IMG/VR virus record: IMGVR_UViG_3300023174_000096
Span: 41,517 to 105,516 of that record
DNA length: 64,000 nucleotides
Origin: a virus
Reading direction: 5' to 3' (one strand)
Part shown: positions 46,259 through 56,111 of the stretch, piece after piece
How positions within the stretch are numbered: the stretch's first letter is position 1
Layout of the letters: every line of letters begins with the position of its first letter
Position numbers and translations under genes: made by a program
The notes under the pieces: model-generated
Databases searched by the model: none
Seen by the model: only the letters and a program-made list of their open reading frames with translations
Told to the model about the DNA's origin: nothing

Positions 46259-46574
46259 GAGCAACCCCCAGCCTCACGGACGTTTGGTACTGCGCCCGCA
46301 GACGCTTCACCTCGGCCTTGAGGGCCTCGACCTTCTGCGCGGCGCTCTCACCACCGCTCTCGGTGAGGTTCTCCTTCGCCGCCAGCATGGCATGGTGGAG
46401 CTCCACCAGCATCGTGGCCACCTCCCACGGGAGCGTGGGGAGTTGGCCCGCACGGGTGAGCTCGTCCATCACGAAGCACACCCGTAGCGTGTCGTCGGCC
46501 ACCGCCGCGCACACTTCGACCAAGTTCTCAATCCGTCGCTCGATCTCGTCGAACCGGGCTTCCACGTCGCTCAC
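46248..46574 (-). CDS. coiled-coil hypothetical protein
   Basis: 108 aa, coupled to the polymerase stop. Confidence 0.55.
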   Translation of the reverse strand: MSDVEARFDEIERRIENLVEVCAAVADDTLRVCFVMDELTRAGQLPTLPWEVATMLVELHHAMLAAKENLTESGGESAAQKVEALKAEVKRLRAQYQTSVRLGVAHET

Positions 46575-49234
46575 AGGGTTCCTCCTACCATCGGCAGCTT
46601 CCCGCCCCAGACCGTTGAGACCACCGCCGTGAGGTCCTCGTCGTTCGGCCCCAGCACCTTGACACGCGCCGTGGGCGCGCTCGCCCCCGCCGCAATCTTC
46701 TGCGCCAGTGCCTCGACCTCACCTAACGAAAAACTCTTTACCTTGTGCATGACCGTGGGGGTTTCCACTGCCTTTTCGGTGGGTTGGGCCTTGGGCTTGT
46801 CCACCTTCGGGCCGATGCCCTTGAAGCACCCGTCGAGCTCGGGCGGGCACTCGCCCTTCTTGCGGATCTTCTTGAGGTCCCACGGCACGGTCCAATCAGG
46901 CCCCATCTCCACGTCGGACGTGAGGGGGACGGCCCAGCCCAACCGCTGGAGGAGGGGGTTCCGGCACATGATGCCGACGAACAGGTCGATGGCCTCCTCC
47001 AGAATGTCCTTGTCGATCTCAAACACCAGTTCGTCGTGCATGGTGATGAGCATATGCACTTTCTCCAGCCAGCCGCGCTGCTTGCAGTCCTTGTAGATGA
47101 GCCCCATCGCGATCTTGGTGATGTCGGCGGACGTACCCTGCACCGGGCCGTTCACGGCGTTACGCTCGGCCTTGGCGCGGAACCCCCCAAGCTCGTGGTC
47201 GATGTCGGGAAGGGGGTACCGCCGCCCGAAAGCCGTGGTCACGAACTTGTGCTTCTTGGCGTACAGGGCTTGGGTCTTCCACCAGCCCGACAAGGTGCCG
47301 TAGGTCTTGTCAAACTGCTCCTTGATCCGCCAGCCCTCGTTCTTGTCGCAGCCCACAGCGGTCACCACGGCGTTCCCGCCGCCGCCGTAGCACAGGGCGA
47401 AGTTACACGCCTTGGCGAAACCACGGAGTTGCTTCCACTCGGGCCGCTTCGGGGCATCCTCGCCGTAGACGGCGAGGGCCGTGAGGGTGTGGAGGTCACC
47501 GATCTTGTCGCTCCCGCAGTCCGGGCAGTAGGGGGGCGGGGCCACGGGGATGGGGTCTTCCGCCGTCCCCATCGGGAACATCCGGTCGCAACCGGAGCAG
47601 TGAAAGAACTCCCGCAGCCACTTGCCCTCGCCCGACAGGTTGGTCACGATGCGGAGCTCGACGCCGCTGAAGTCGATGGCGGTGAGCACCTTGCCCGGTC
47701 GGGCGATGATGCACTCCCGCACGCGCGCGAGACACGCGGGACGGTTCGGGTCGTAGGTGGCGGGCGTCCCGTGGAACGGGAATCGGGTGCCGCCGTCCAC
47801 CTTGGGGTCCTTGCTCGATGGGGCGTTGAAGCGTCCCGTCTCGATGCTGTGCGCGTTGAAGTAGGCTCTCAGCGTGCCGTCCGTGTGGGCGTCCTCGATG
47901 ATGGGCAGAAGGTACGTCGAGAGGGCCTTGCTCACCTCGCGGAACCGCTTGATCTTGCCCGCGAAGGGGAATTTGTCGCCCACCTTCTCCAGCACCTCCT
48001 CCAGCGTGTCCTTGCTCGTGTCAACCTGCCCCGACTTCTCGGTGGCCGTGAGACCCGGCACCTTGCACTCGCGGAGGAGCTTGCCGAGTTGCTGGGCGGA
48101 CAGAACGTCGTACACCACCGGGAACTCCACGTCCTCGGACACCCCCTTGGTGGTGATCGAAGCCACCCGCTTGGTGACCGTGGCGATCTTGCCCTTCTCC
48201 TTCATGGGGTCGAGCTTCGCCTTGGTGGCAGCAGTCCGCGCCGTGTCGATCCGGTCGGTGTAGCTCGGGGTCACCACCTCGGGGTCGAAACGCAGAGACT
48301 CCAGCCCCTCCACGGAGCCCCGGAGCACCCGGTAATACCCCGGGCGGATGTCCCGGCCCACGAGGGAGGATGAGCTCTCGTACACCTCCTCCAGTGCCGC
48401 GATCCACTCACGCTGACCGATGCGGATGAGCTCCTTGGCCTTGTTCTGGTCGGTGAGGATGCGGGCGCGCTCCATCCAGCGGGTGCTCGCCACGCACAAC
48501 TTCTCAATGGCGTACACCACGTTCTGACCCACCACGCCCATGCTGGGCTCCAGAACCTCGGGGGCGAGCTTCTGGTACAGGTTCCAAGTGCAGATGGCGT
48601 CCGACGCGCCGTACCACGTCACGGGCTCCCAAGACGGGTCGAGATCGGAGAAATCAAGCCCTCCCTTGCGCTTGTCCTCGGGGAAAAGCTCATCGAGCTC
48701 GATCATCTCCATGCCGAGTTCGGTCTTGGAGAGGTGCTTCAGACCCTTGGTTTTCGACCGGGTGTCCCGCAGGTACGCGAGGATGAGGGTGTCGTCCCAC
48801 TTCTTGGGCTCGTCCCACTCACCGATGGGCTCGCCGCCGCAGTTCTGGAGGAACTCTTGGTCGAACTTGCCGTTGTGGAACACGGCGATGGAGGGGCTCG
48901 CCACCAACCGCAGCATCTCCCGCTTCCACAACGACCACGACACGTTGTGCTCGATGCCCGTGCGGTGACGCAGCGGGATGTAGTACCCGCGTTTGCCGTC
49001 CGGGGACAGGCAGCACCCGACGATCTTCGACACCGTCTCCCCGTCGTAGACGCAGGAGTTCAGCCCGGTGGTCTCAAGGTCGAGGGCGTACCGACCGCTG
49101 GCGATGCAATCGTCGATGATGCCGGGGAGGGTGTCGTTGGTGGCACGGGCGAGGGTGTAGTCACCCCCCTGCATCCACGACTTGGGCGCGACCTTGAGGG
49201 CGGTAGACTCTTGGAGGAAGTCGAACAGGTCCAT
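46571..49234 (-). CDS. polA: family A DNA polymerase with 3'-5' exonuclease (no 5' nuclease domain)
   Basis: DLETTGL, FHNGKFD, YGASDA; ETGRF; motif A DFSGVELRI; motif B RGFAKACNFALCYG; motif C MHDEL. Confidence 0.95.
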   Translation of the reverse strand: MDLFDFLQESTALKVAPKSWMQGGDYTLARATNDTLPGIIDDCIASGRYALDLETTGLNSCVYDGETVSKIVGCCLSPDGKRGYYIPLRHRTGIEHNVSWSLWKREMLRLVASPSIAVFHNGKFDQEFLQNCGGEPIGEWDEPKKWDDTLILAYLRDTRSKTKGLKHLSKTELGMEMIELDELFPEDKRKGGLDFSDLDPSWEPVTWYGASDAICTWNLYQKLAPEVLEPSMGVVGQNVVYAIEKLCVASTRWMERARILTDQNKAKELIRIGQREWIAALEEVYESSSSLVGRDIRPGYYRVLRGSVEGLESLRFDPEVVTPSYTDRIDTARTAATKAKLDPMKEKGKIATVTKRVASITTKGVSEDVEFPVVYDVLSAQQLGKLLRECKVPGLTATEKSGQVDTSKDTLEEVLEKVGDKFPFAGKIKRFREVSKALSTYLLPIIEDAHTDGTLRAYFNAHSIETGRFNAPSSKDPKVDGGTRFPFHGTPATYDPNRPACLARVRECIIARPGKVLTAIDFSGVELRIVTNLSGEGKWLREFFHCSGCDRMFPMGTAEDPIPVAPPPYCPDCGSDKIGDLHTLTALAVYGEDAPKRPEWKQLRGFAKACNFALCYGGGGNAVVTAVGCDKNEGWRIKEQFDKTYGTLSGWWKTQALYAKKHKFVTTAFGRRYPLPDIDHELGGFRAKAERNAVNGPVQGTSADITKIAMGLIYKDCKQRGWLEKVHMLITMHDELVFEIDKDILEEAIDLFVGIMCRNPLLQRLGWAVPLTSDVEMGPDWTVPWDLKKIRKKGECPPELDGCFKGIGPKVDKPKAQPTEKAVETPTVMHKVKSFSLGEVEALAQKIAAGASAPTARVKVLGPNDEDLTAVVSTVWGGKLPMVGGTL

Positions 49235-49243
49235 CACGGGACG

Positions 49244-51700
49244 TTACGCCCGCAAGAATCCATAGCCGTACACCCCCGGACGAAGGCGATCTGACAGAGC
49301 CTTGAAAGCTACCTGAAGTGCGGCCCAGCCCGCCGGGTCGTAGTCGCGAAACAGCGTTTTCAACTGATACACACCAGCGTCGTGACACCCCAAGTGAAGC
49401 TCGGGCCGTGACGTAGCGAAGCTCTCCCGGTGCGGGAGGGTGCTCACCAGCAAGGTGTCGAGCAGGGCAAGACACTCGCGGGCTTCGGGTGACAGGTCGA
49501 GGCCCGCGATGATTGTGGCGAGGTAGCTGTCCTCCGTCTCGCCCCTCACGTCGCTGTACAAACCTTGGGTGTCGGGGCGGTCGTAGAGAGCGCGGGACTC
49601 CTCACGGGTGCGCCAGAACCAGTGGTTTTTGATGCGATGCGCCTTGCCCTTGTACTGCACGTCCCTCATGGCGGTGCAGTTGTTCTTCCCGTGGAGTAGG
49701 GCATAGACGATGGTGTCATCGTTCCACTGACGGTAGGCGTCCACGGTGTCCGTGGGCGCAAGGTACTCGTCCGTGTGGATAGACCACGCATCAGTCACGA
49801 GTTTTCTCGCCGCGTAGAGGGCCGTGCAGCGGCGGAAGGATTCGCCGGGCATGACTGAGATCCCATGGGCCATGCTTGAGCACGACGACGTAAAGAACAC
49901 ATCGGTATCAGATTTTTGCAGGTTGTTACCCACAGTCGTCAAATAGCCCAACGCACCGTGGACCATCGTGCCACGGCAACCCGGACCTTCCTTCACCTTG
50001 AGACCACTCGAAAACTGCGGGGCATCAACCGCCTTGAGTCCCTTGATGGGCTCCCGCACCCAGTCACTCGCCGCCAGACCGTCGCTGTTGTAGATGGCCT
50101 TGACTCCCGTGGCACTCACGTTGAAATCCGCCACGTCCTTCAACGCGATGGGGAGGGTGACGGTGCTGTCCGTTTTGCCTTCCGACCACACGGTAAACGA
50201 GATGCCCCACGCCCCAGACACGTCCGCGAAGTGCGAGGCTTGGAAGAGCATCCCCGACCGATAGGCATACCGCCCGTACCAGAAATCACGGAACCCCTTG
50301 TAGCTCGCGCTGCACATGAACGTGACGCCACTGAACAGGGCCACGGTCGAACGGGCGAACCCGTAGCCCTCGGCCAGCTTGGCACAGCGGTACATGAACT
50401 GGGCATAGAGTTGCTGCGAGCTTGCCCCGATCTTGGCCTTCTTCATCTGCGTGTTGACCGCAGTGATGGCAATCCCCGCCTTGTGGTCCCCATCTTCGGT
50501 CCCGGCGTTGTTCGCCGTCCCATACGGCGGGTTGATGAAGAAAACCAGCCGCTTGCCAGCCTTCGCGGCACTACGCAGCATGGCGTCCACGGCGTCGGGG
50601 ATCACGTTCTTTTCCGCGAAGAACGGCGAGGAATCGTCATTCAAGAAATCGTAGGTGAAGAGGGTGCAGCCGGGGTTGTATCCCTGACTGCGAATCACCT
50701 CCACGTCGGCCTTCTCAACGGTCGAGAGAATCAGGTCACGGAAGGTGTAGTCGCGGGTGAGGTTCCCCGTACCGGCGGCGCAGTCCCACACCACACACTC
50801 GTCCCGCCAGTTGGGGCCAAGTTCAGCCTCAACCATGCGGTGGGCCTCGTCTACCCACAAGGTTGGGGTAAAGAACGCCCCAGAGCGCCTACGGGCGTCA
50901 TCCTCCATGAGGCGGTCCTTGGCCGCGTAGAACGCCTCGACCTCGCTAGGCTTGTATCCACGGACGAAGTGCCCCGTGAAGCTCTCCCACTGGTGCCCGT
51001 TGACGGGGATCTTGCGACCCTCGACGACCAACAGGTTCTTGTTGGTGGGGTGTTGGTACACGTCGTCGGGCTTGAACAAGCACCGAAGAAATACGTCCAC
51101 CTGTTCCACGGGGGTCAGCCCCGAGGTCTTGAGGAAGATGCGATCTTGCCACTGTGCAAACATGGCTGCGATGTTGGACAGGGTGGCCCGCACGCGGTGA
51201 ACCTCACCCTTGGCGAGCATCTCAATCTTGGCGATCACGTCCTTGAAGTCACAGTCCGCCACGTCGAACACGAACGGCGACACGTCCAGCCCGGTAATCA
51301 AGGCTTGCGTGAGGTCGGGCGAACCTGCCGATGGGGGCACCTTCCAGTCAATAGGGAGGGCGAGGAACCGTTGCACCGCAGCGGTGTCCAAGGCGAAGCA
51401 CTCGTTCTTGTCTCCGACGAAAAGGACGTTGGGAAGGGGCTGACCCGACGCCTCAAACTTCTTGATGTACAAGACCATCTGGCCCAACACCCCGCACTGG
51501 TCCGTGCGGGCCTTGAGGTTGCGGTCGTACTTGAACTCCAGCAGCGCCCGCACGGTGCCCCACTGAGCATAGCCGTCCGTGCCGTAGGGGGACGTGATGC
51601 CCACCGAGGGAACGCTCTGCGTGAGCTCCCCCCGGTAGGCGTTCTCTACGTCCTTCTCATTGCGGGCGGCTTCGAGGAGTGCCTTGGTTTGCGTTCTCAT
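49244..51700 (-). CDS. Type IIG-like restriction-modification fusion (PD-(D/E)xK nuclease + N6-adenine MTase + TRD)
   Basis: TDG..LLEFK..GQMVLY; GAFFTP; VWDCAAGTGNL; NPPY. ATG 51700 follows GGGCGTAAC. Confidence 0.75.
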   Translation of the reverse strand: MRTQTKALLEAARNEKDVENAYRGELTQSVPSVGITSPYGTDGYAQWGTVRALLEFKYDRNLKARTDQCGVLGQMVLYIKKFEASGQPLPNVLFVGDKNECFALDTAAVQRFLALPIDWKVPPSAGSPDLTQALITGLDVSPFVFDVADCDFKDVIAKIEMLAKGEVHRVRATLSNIAAMFAQWQDRIFLKTSGLTPVEQVDVFLRCLFKPDDVYQHPTNKNLLVVEGRKIPVNGHQWESFTGHFVRGYKPSEVEAFYAAKDRLMEDDARRRSGAFFTPTLWVDEAHRMVEAELGPNWRDECVVWDCAAGTGNLTRDYTFRDLILSTVEKADVEVIRSQGYNPGCTLFTYDFLNDDSSPFFAEKNVIPDAVDAMLRSAAKAGKRLVFFINPPYGTANNAGTEDGDHKAGIAITAVNTQMKKAKIGASSQQLYAQFMYRCAKLAEGYGFARSTVALFSGVTFMCSASYKGFRDFWYGRYAYRSGMLFQASHFADVSGAWGISFTVWSEGKTDSTVTLPIALKDVADFNVSATGVKAIYNSDGLAASDWVREPIKGLKAVDAPQFSSGLKVKEGPGCRGTMVHGALGYLTTVGNNLQKSDTDVFFTSSCSSMAHGISVMPGESFRRCTALYAARKLVTDAWSIHTDEYLAPTDTVDAYRQWNDDTIVYALLHGKNNCTAMRDVQYKGKAHRIKNHWFWRTREESRALYDRPDTQGLYSDVRGETEDSYLATIIAGLDLSPEARECLALLDTLLVSTLPHRESFATSRPELHLGCHDAGVYQLKTLFRDYDPAGWAALQVAFKALSDRLRPGVYGYGFLRA

Positions 51701-51707
51701 GGTGACT

Positions 51708-51716
51708 GTTACGCCC
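51708..51716 (-). promoter_or_regulatory. candidate early/middle promoter motif GGGCGTAAC (representative copy)
   Basis: Also at 39852, 49243, 53330, 54354, 61966 (minus) and 9281, 9843 (plus), mostly 7-10 nt before start codons. Confidence 0.6.
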
Positions 51717-51813
51717 GGGGGCCTACCCGCACTCTTCTGCGGTGACCGATCAATCGGTCGGGGGGTCTTCGCCGTCTGGTTCGCTATTCCGGCGCACCCG
51801 TCGGTTCCCCCTG

Positions 51814-52284
51814 TCACTTCGTGTCGAAGGCGTACAACCCGTGCCCGCCGTCCGTGAGACACTGGGCAAGGGACTCACGCCCTTCGATGGTGGAGAACCG
51901 GGGGGCGAACTTCGACGCCTTCACGGTGGCGAGCTTCACCCACCACTCCGCGCCCGTGTCCCGGCAACGAAACCCCAAACGCAGGGTGCGGGGGTCGTCC
52001 ACGGCCTCGATCACCGTGTCGGGGGCCGCGTAGACGACGTGATCGGTGATGTCCGTGAACATCCCCTCTACGTCGGTCCACGCCTCGGGTGCCCCGGCAC
52101 GGGACTCCTTGACGTGACTCACCCACGGGCCGTTGATGCCGCCCCACACCTCGAACGTGCGAAAGGTGTCGCCCTTGCGGCAGGTGATACGGGCGGGGTC
52201 CCCTTCGCGCCCTTCGCCCGCCTCGACCTTCGTGACCGTGAACCCCACCAGCAGCGGGGCCAGAACTTCATGGAACGCCTTCAT
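51814..52284 (-). CDS. hypothetical protein
   Basis: ORF with GAGG RBS. Confidence 0.55.
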   Translation of the reverse strand: MKAFHEVLAPLLVGFTVTKVEAGEGREGDPARITCRKGDTFRTFEVWGGINGPWVSHVKESRAGAPEAWTDVEGMFTDITDHVVYAAPDTVIEAVDDPRTLRLGFRCRDTGAEWWVKLATVKASKFAPRFSTIEGRESLAQCLTDGGHGLYAFDTK

Positions 52285-52305
52285 AAACAACCTCTTGATC
52301 CGGGG

Positions 52306-52821
52306 TCATACCTTCTCCGTGCCGCCGTTGAGCGGGTGCGCCGTCACCTCACAGGTGTACTTCCCGCCCCGGTCTACCGTCTCGGCCTCGGCGGCGTCCT
52401 TCGCCTCGTCCAGCGTGTCGTACACCCCGACGACGTAGCTATGCTGCTCCCGGTCGCCCCATCGCAGGGCTTCCACGACGTAGAGGATTTTCGATTCCCT
52501 AGACTCAAGCTCCGCGAGCTTGGCCCCCAAATTGGGAATCTGTTGAATGACGGGTTCTGCGGGAATGTCGATGAGTTGCACATCAAGCCGCTTCACCGGG
52601 TATTTCGCCGCACGTTCCTCGATGGGTGACGGGGGCGGGGTGACTACCGCACCCGTCTCCACGGTGCCCATCTTCGGGCACCACTCGGGCGTTCGCCCGG
52701 TGGGCGGGACCAAGTTGTCCCCCGGTGCGTCGGAGTGTTCGCAGCGCATCTCGTCCGACAACGGTCGCTCCCAGAGGTAGTAGCACCCGCCGCACAGGAC
52801 GATGTTCAGCCGGGTCGTCAT
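52306..52821 (-). CDS. hypothetical protein
   Basis: CGGC..CEH..PEWCP N-part; HSYVVGVY C-part. Confidence 0.55.
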   Translation of the reverse strand: MTTRLNIVLCGGCYYLWERPLSDEMRCEHSDAPGDNLVPPTGRTPEWCPKMGTVETGAVVTPPPSPIEERAAKYPVKRLDVQLIDIPAEPVIQQIPNLGAKLAELESRESKILYVVEALRWGDREQHSYVVGVYDTLDEAKDAAEAETVDRGGKYTCEVTAHPLNGGTEKV

Positions 52822-53321
52822 CGCTTCTTCCCCAACAGTATCCTCTCGTCCTCGGCCTCGCAGATCGAAGCTGCGCCGACGTTCACGGCCACGGCGTCGA
52901 GGGCCGCATGAACCTTCGCGTCCTCGTCGGCTTGGACTTGGGTGAGCTCCCCGATGTAGACGGGCACGGCACCCTCGGGCAACGGCTCGACTTGGATCAT
53001 CGACCGCCCAAGGTAGCCCGTCACCGAGTCACGGTAGTCACACTGGGTACACCGCACGCTTCCCGCCCACGGGGACATCAGCATCAGACCCGTCGTGCGC
53101 TCCATCCCCGCCTTGCACCGGGGGCAGGAGAACTCGGGGCCGCACGGGCTCCACGAGATGGCGAACAGGTTGGCGACCTGTAGCGGGATGGACTTCTGCG
53201 CCGCTTCCCACAGTTCTTTCGCCTCACGGATGACCCGCTCACGCTCCTCATCGGGCATGGTATGGCGGGCCTCGTTGTCCAGCAGGGCTTGGACGAGCTT
53301 GTCGGTGTAGGGGGTCTTCAC
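52818..53321 (-). CDS. zinc-ribbon hypothetical protein
   Basis: CPRC..CTQC. GTG is 8 nt after GGGCGTAAC. Confidence 0.6.
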   Translation of the reverse strand: MKTPYTDKLVQALLDNEARHTMPDEERERVIREAKELWEAAQKSIPLQVANLFAISWSPCGPEFSCPRCKAGMERTTGLMLMSPWAGSVRCTQCDYRDSVTGYLGRSMIQVEPLPEGAVPVYIGELTQVQADEDAKVHAALDAVAVNVGAASICEAEDERILLGKKR

Positions 53322-53359
53322 GGGGAGACGTTACGCCCGAAGAGGCGGTAGCGTCGGGC

Positions 53360-53665
53360 ATGGAAGCACTGACCTTGGTTCGCAACCGGGTGCCCCGCTA
53401 CGGGGACACCTACGTCTTGGACCTACCCACCAAGGGAGCTCTCGCGGAGGTGCCCGGTCGCGTCGGCGCGGCACCGCAGGTGTTCATCGGGTGCTGGAGC
53501 AACGAAACGTACCCGCCGGAACAGAACGGGGAGCAGAAGCGCGCCCTCGTTGAGATCCTCACGGGCCTTCGCGGCGCGCAGACCGACGCTTACCGGGTGG
53601 TGTTGATCGACAGGAACATGAAAGACTCGGTGGACCGAGAGGTCGCCGGGTGGTGGCCCTACTAG
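53360..53665 (+). CDS. hypothetical protein
   Basis: 101-aa ORF divergent from its neighbour. Confidence 0.55.
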   Translation: MEALTLVRNRVPRYGDTYVLDLPTKGALAEVPGRVGAAPQVFIGCWSNETYPPEQNGEQKRALVEILTGLRGAQTDAYRVVLIDRNMKDSVDREVAGWWPY

Positions 53666-53690
53666 GGCCTCCCCCTCAACCCACCTGAGA

Positions 53691-54128
53691 TCACGTTTTG
53701 GCGTCGGGCTCCTCGACCACGACCACCACGCCGTCCCGCCAGTAGCGCACGACAAGGTTGACGAGGGTCGCCTCCTCGCCCGTGAACGTGGTGGGCTCCC
53801 AGCAGTCGGGGAGCTTCGGTCCCGGCACGCAGTTCGGGGTGGCGTTGAGGCACGAGCGTCGCTGGGCGCAGGGTGTCTCCACCACGGGGAGTCTCTTGAC
53901 CAGCGCCTTGGGTGGTGGTCCTAGCACCTTCATCAACGGGGTGGCGTGGCCGCGCAGGGCTTGGTCGAGCACCAGCTTCGGGATCACCGAGAACAGCGGC
54001 TCCCAATCCGTCCCGACGAGGAAGTGCAAAGCGCCCCACGGGCCACCCGTCTCCGTGGGGATCACCCGTGCGATGGTGGGCTCGCCCCACCGGGGGTCGG
54101 GGAGCTTGACGGTGACGATGCCCTTCAT
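53691..54128 (-). CDS. hypothetical protein with 4-Cys cluster
   Basis: PCAQRRSC..NCVPG..PDCW; ATGA coupling. Confidence 0.6.
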   Translation of the reverse strand: MKGIVTVKLPDPRWGEPTIARVIPTETGGPWGALHFLVGTDWEPLFSVIPKLVLDQALRGHATPLMKVLGPPPKALVKRLPVVETPCAQRRSCLNATPNCVPGPKLPDCWEPTTFTGEEATLVNLVVRYWRDGVVVVVEEPDAKT

Positions 54129-54343
54129 CTGTTTTGGTATCTGGCGCGGAGCTCGTTGATGGGCTCGCTCAGAGGGTGCCCCGCTGCTTGAAGGCACTCC
54201 AAGATGCGCCCGTCCTCGTACGGGTCGTCGGACATCCCCAACACGGATTCGATCTTGTCTGCCTCGGACATCTCGCCCCAGCATTGAGCACAGGGATCGT
54301 AGAAGCCGTCTTCCCGGGTGTGATTGAACGAAGGCATAGGCAC
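54125..54343 (-). CDS. small hypothetical protein
   Basis: 72 aa, H..CAQC; GGGCGTAAT upstream. Confidence 0.5.
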   Translation of the reverse strand: MPMPSFNHTREDGFYDPCAQCWGEMSEADKIESVLGMSDDPYEDGRILECLQAAGHPLSEPINELRARYQNR

Positions 54344-54354
54344 CTCGGCGTAGA

Positions 54355-54906
54355 TTACGCCCGGGGCCGCAGCAGGGCCGTCAGCAAAGATCGCATCGGA
54401 CCCGTGTCACCTTGGTCCTCCAGCACCCGCGCCCGGTCGAACGCCTCCCACAGCTTCAGCACCCGTGGAAGGGGCTCCGTGCGCTCGATGGTGAGGGCTC
54501 GTAGCACCCTCTCGGTGCGGACCCGTACCGGGTCTGCGTGCGGGGCGTCGAGCACCGCCGCTACGGGATCGGCAGCGGTGGTGTCGTCATCGCCCTCTTC
54601 CCAAGGGAGGGTGGGTAGTCCGTACCGTTGCTCCAGCGCGTCGAGGGCCGCGTGGAAGGCCATGCCCTCCTTTTCTCGCACCGTGGCAACGGCGTCCCGT
54701 GACCGGGCGCACGCCCAGCAGTACCACTGGTTGGTGCTCGGGTAGACGCGGGCAGATGGTTTGCCATCCGTCCCGTCACCGTGGAGGTCGCACTGGAACT
54801 GCTGCTCCCGGTCAACGTCCTGCACCCGGTAGCCGTAGTCCTCCAGCACACGGGTGATGGGGATGTCCGTGCGGATGCGCGCGGCGCGGCGCTCAGACCT
54901 TGTCAT
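54355..54906 (-). CDS. stand-alone CHC2 zinc-finger (DnaG primase zinc-binding domain) protein
   Basis: IPITRVL..QCDLHGD..KPSARVY..WYCWAC..EGMAFHAAL; no TOPRIM domain follows. Confidence 0.8.
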   Translation of the reverse strand: MTRSERRAARIRTDIPITRVLEDYGYRVQDVDREQQFQCDLHGDGTDGKPSARVYPSTNQWYCWACARSRDAVATVREKEGMAFHAALDALEQRYGLPTLPWEEGDDDTTAADPVAAVLDAPHADPVRVRTERVLRALTIERTEPLPRVLKLWEAFDRARVLEDQGDTGPMRSLLTALLRPRA

Positions 54907-56108
54907 GGGTCGAACAGGTCCAAAACAGACGTTTCTTGACCGTGGTTCGTGGGGGCAAGGCCCGACATACCCACATACTCATGCGAGTAGCACCAGCGGT
55001 TAGCGTGCTTCAACTTGTAGCCATCCTCTTTTCCCCGTTGTTTGCCGGGGGTGACTGTGTCAATGGGGCCAAAACCCAACGACCCTGTTTCCTCCGTGAC
55101 GGACTCGTTTGCAGACCCGTCGTTGTAGTCCTCCCGGGATCGCTTGTTCTTCGTGGTCCCCTTCCACAGAGGGGACCGCTCCCGGTACTCACCCATGCGA
55201 GGGTGTGAGGTTTTCGAGAAGTACCTGTTACCCTCACGGACGAACATCTCACCAATGGCGTCGGATAGCCTTACGCCAAGACCCAAACCTTGGTAGTCAG
55301 GGAGAATCACGGTGCGGTGCCCACGCCATGAGTTCCGCAAATTCTTGTTGGGGAAAGCCAAAGCCGATGCGAAGCCCACGAGGACACCACCCCACGTCGC
55401 TACCCAACACCGCGCACTTCGATTGATGTTCCCGTCGAGATAGTGATGGTGGCGGAAGGTTGCCCATGCTTCGGGGCTACAAGGCAAGACCTCCAAGAAG
55501 ATCTCAGGTCGTCTTTCCAACCTCCCGGTCGCCATGCGACCTGATTGAGTGTCAAACACCCAATCCGGGTTGAGCCACTCGATGATGTCGTAGTGGCACG
55601 ACGCGAATACCATCCCCTTCACGCCATGAGCGTCCGCGTACCTGCGGATGGAATAGGAGCACGACTTGGCGACGTTCCGGTCCACGACGGAGGTGAACTC
55701 GTCAATGACAGCCCTGTCACCAAGGCGGCGGGCCATGTCCGCCCGGAACTTCTCTCCTGTCGATAAAACGTGGTGAGGCCGCGTCCATGACGGGATGCTG
55801 TTGAGCCCCACGGCGGACAACCTGTCGCGGGCATCCCCAGAGCTAGCAAAGTGAGAGCAAATGGCCTTGTTCGGTTCCCACGTCGGGGTGGTTTCCACAC
55901 CAAACCGCCTCAACAACGTAGACTTCCCGCTGCCCGACGGCCCCACGATGAGTCCGATCTTGAACCCTTCCTTGGGCGTGGGCATATCAGGAACCGTGAA
56001 CGTGGAACCCCCGTCAAAGGAATAGTCAAAAGCGTTGGCTAGCTCCATAGTGATGGGGTCCATCTCCACAGAGCATTTGAGGATGTCAGGTTCCTTGAAC
56101 ACGACCAA
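54903..56108 (-). CDS. ABC-ATPase / GNAT (Mom-like) acetyltransferase fusion
   Basis: GPSGSGKST, LSTGEKFR, IDEFTSVVDR, SCH; then FRHHHYL and RTVILPDYQGLGLG (acetyl-CoA motif). Confidence 0.8.
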   Translation of the reverse strand: MVVFKEPDILKCSVEMDPITMELANAFDYSFDGGSTFTVPDMPTPKEGFKIGLIVGPSGSGKSTLLRRFGVETTPTWEPNKAICSHFASSGDARDRLSAVGLNSIPSWTRPHHVLSTGEKFRADMARRLGDRAVIDEFTSVVDRNVAKSCSYSIRRYADAHGVKGMVFASCHYDIIEWLNPDWVFDTQSGRMATGRLERRPEIFLEVLPCSPEAWATFRHHHYLDGNINRSARCWVATWGGVLVGFASALAFPNKNLRNSWRGHRTVILPDYQGLGLGVRLSDAIGEMFVREGNRYFSKTSHPRMGEYRERSPLWKGTTKNKRSREDYNDGSANESVTEETGSLGFGPIDTVTPGKQRGKEDGYKLKHANRWCYSHEYVGMSGLAPTNHGQETSVLDLFDP

Positions 56109-56111
56109 CTC

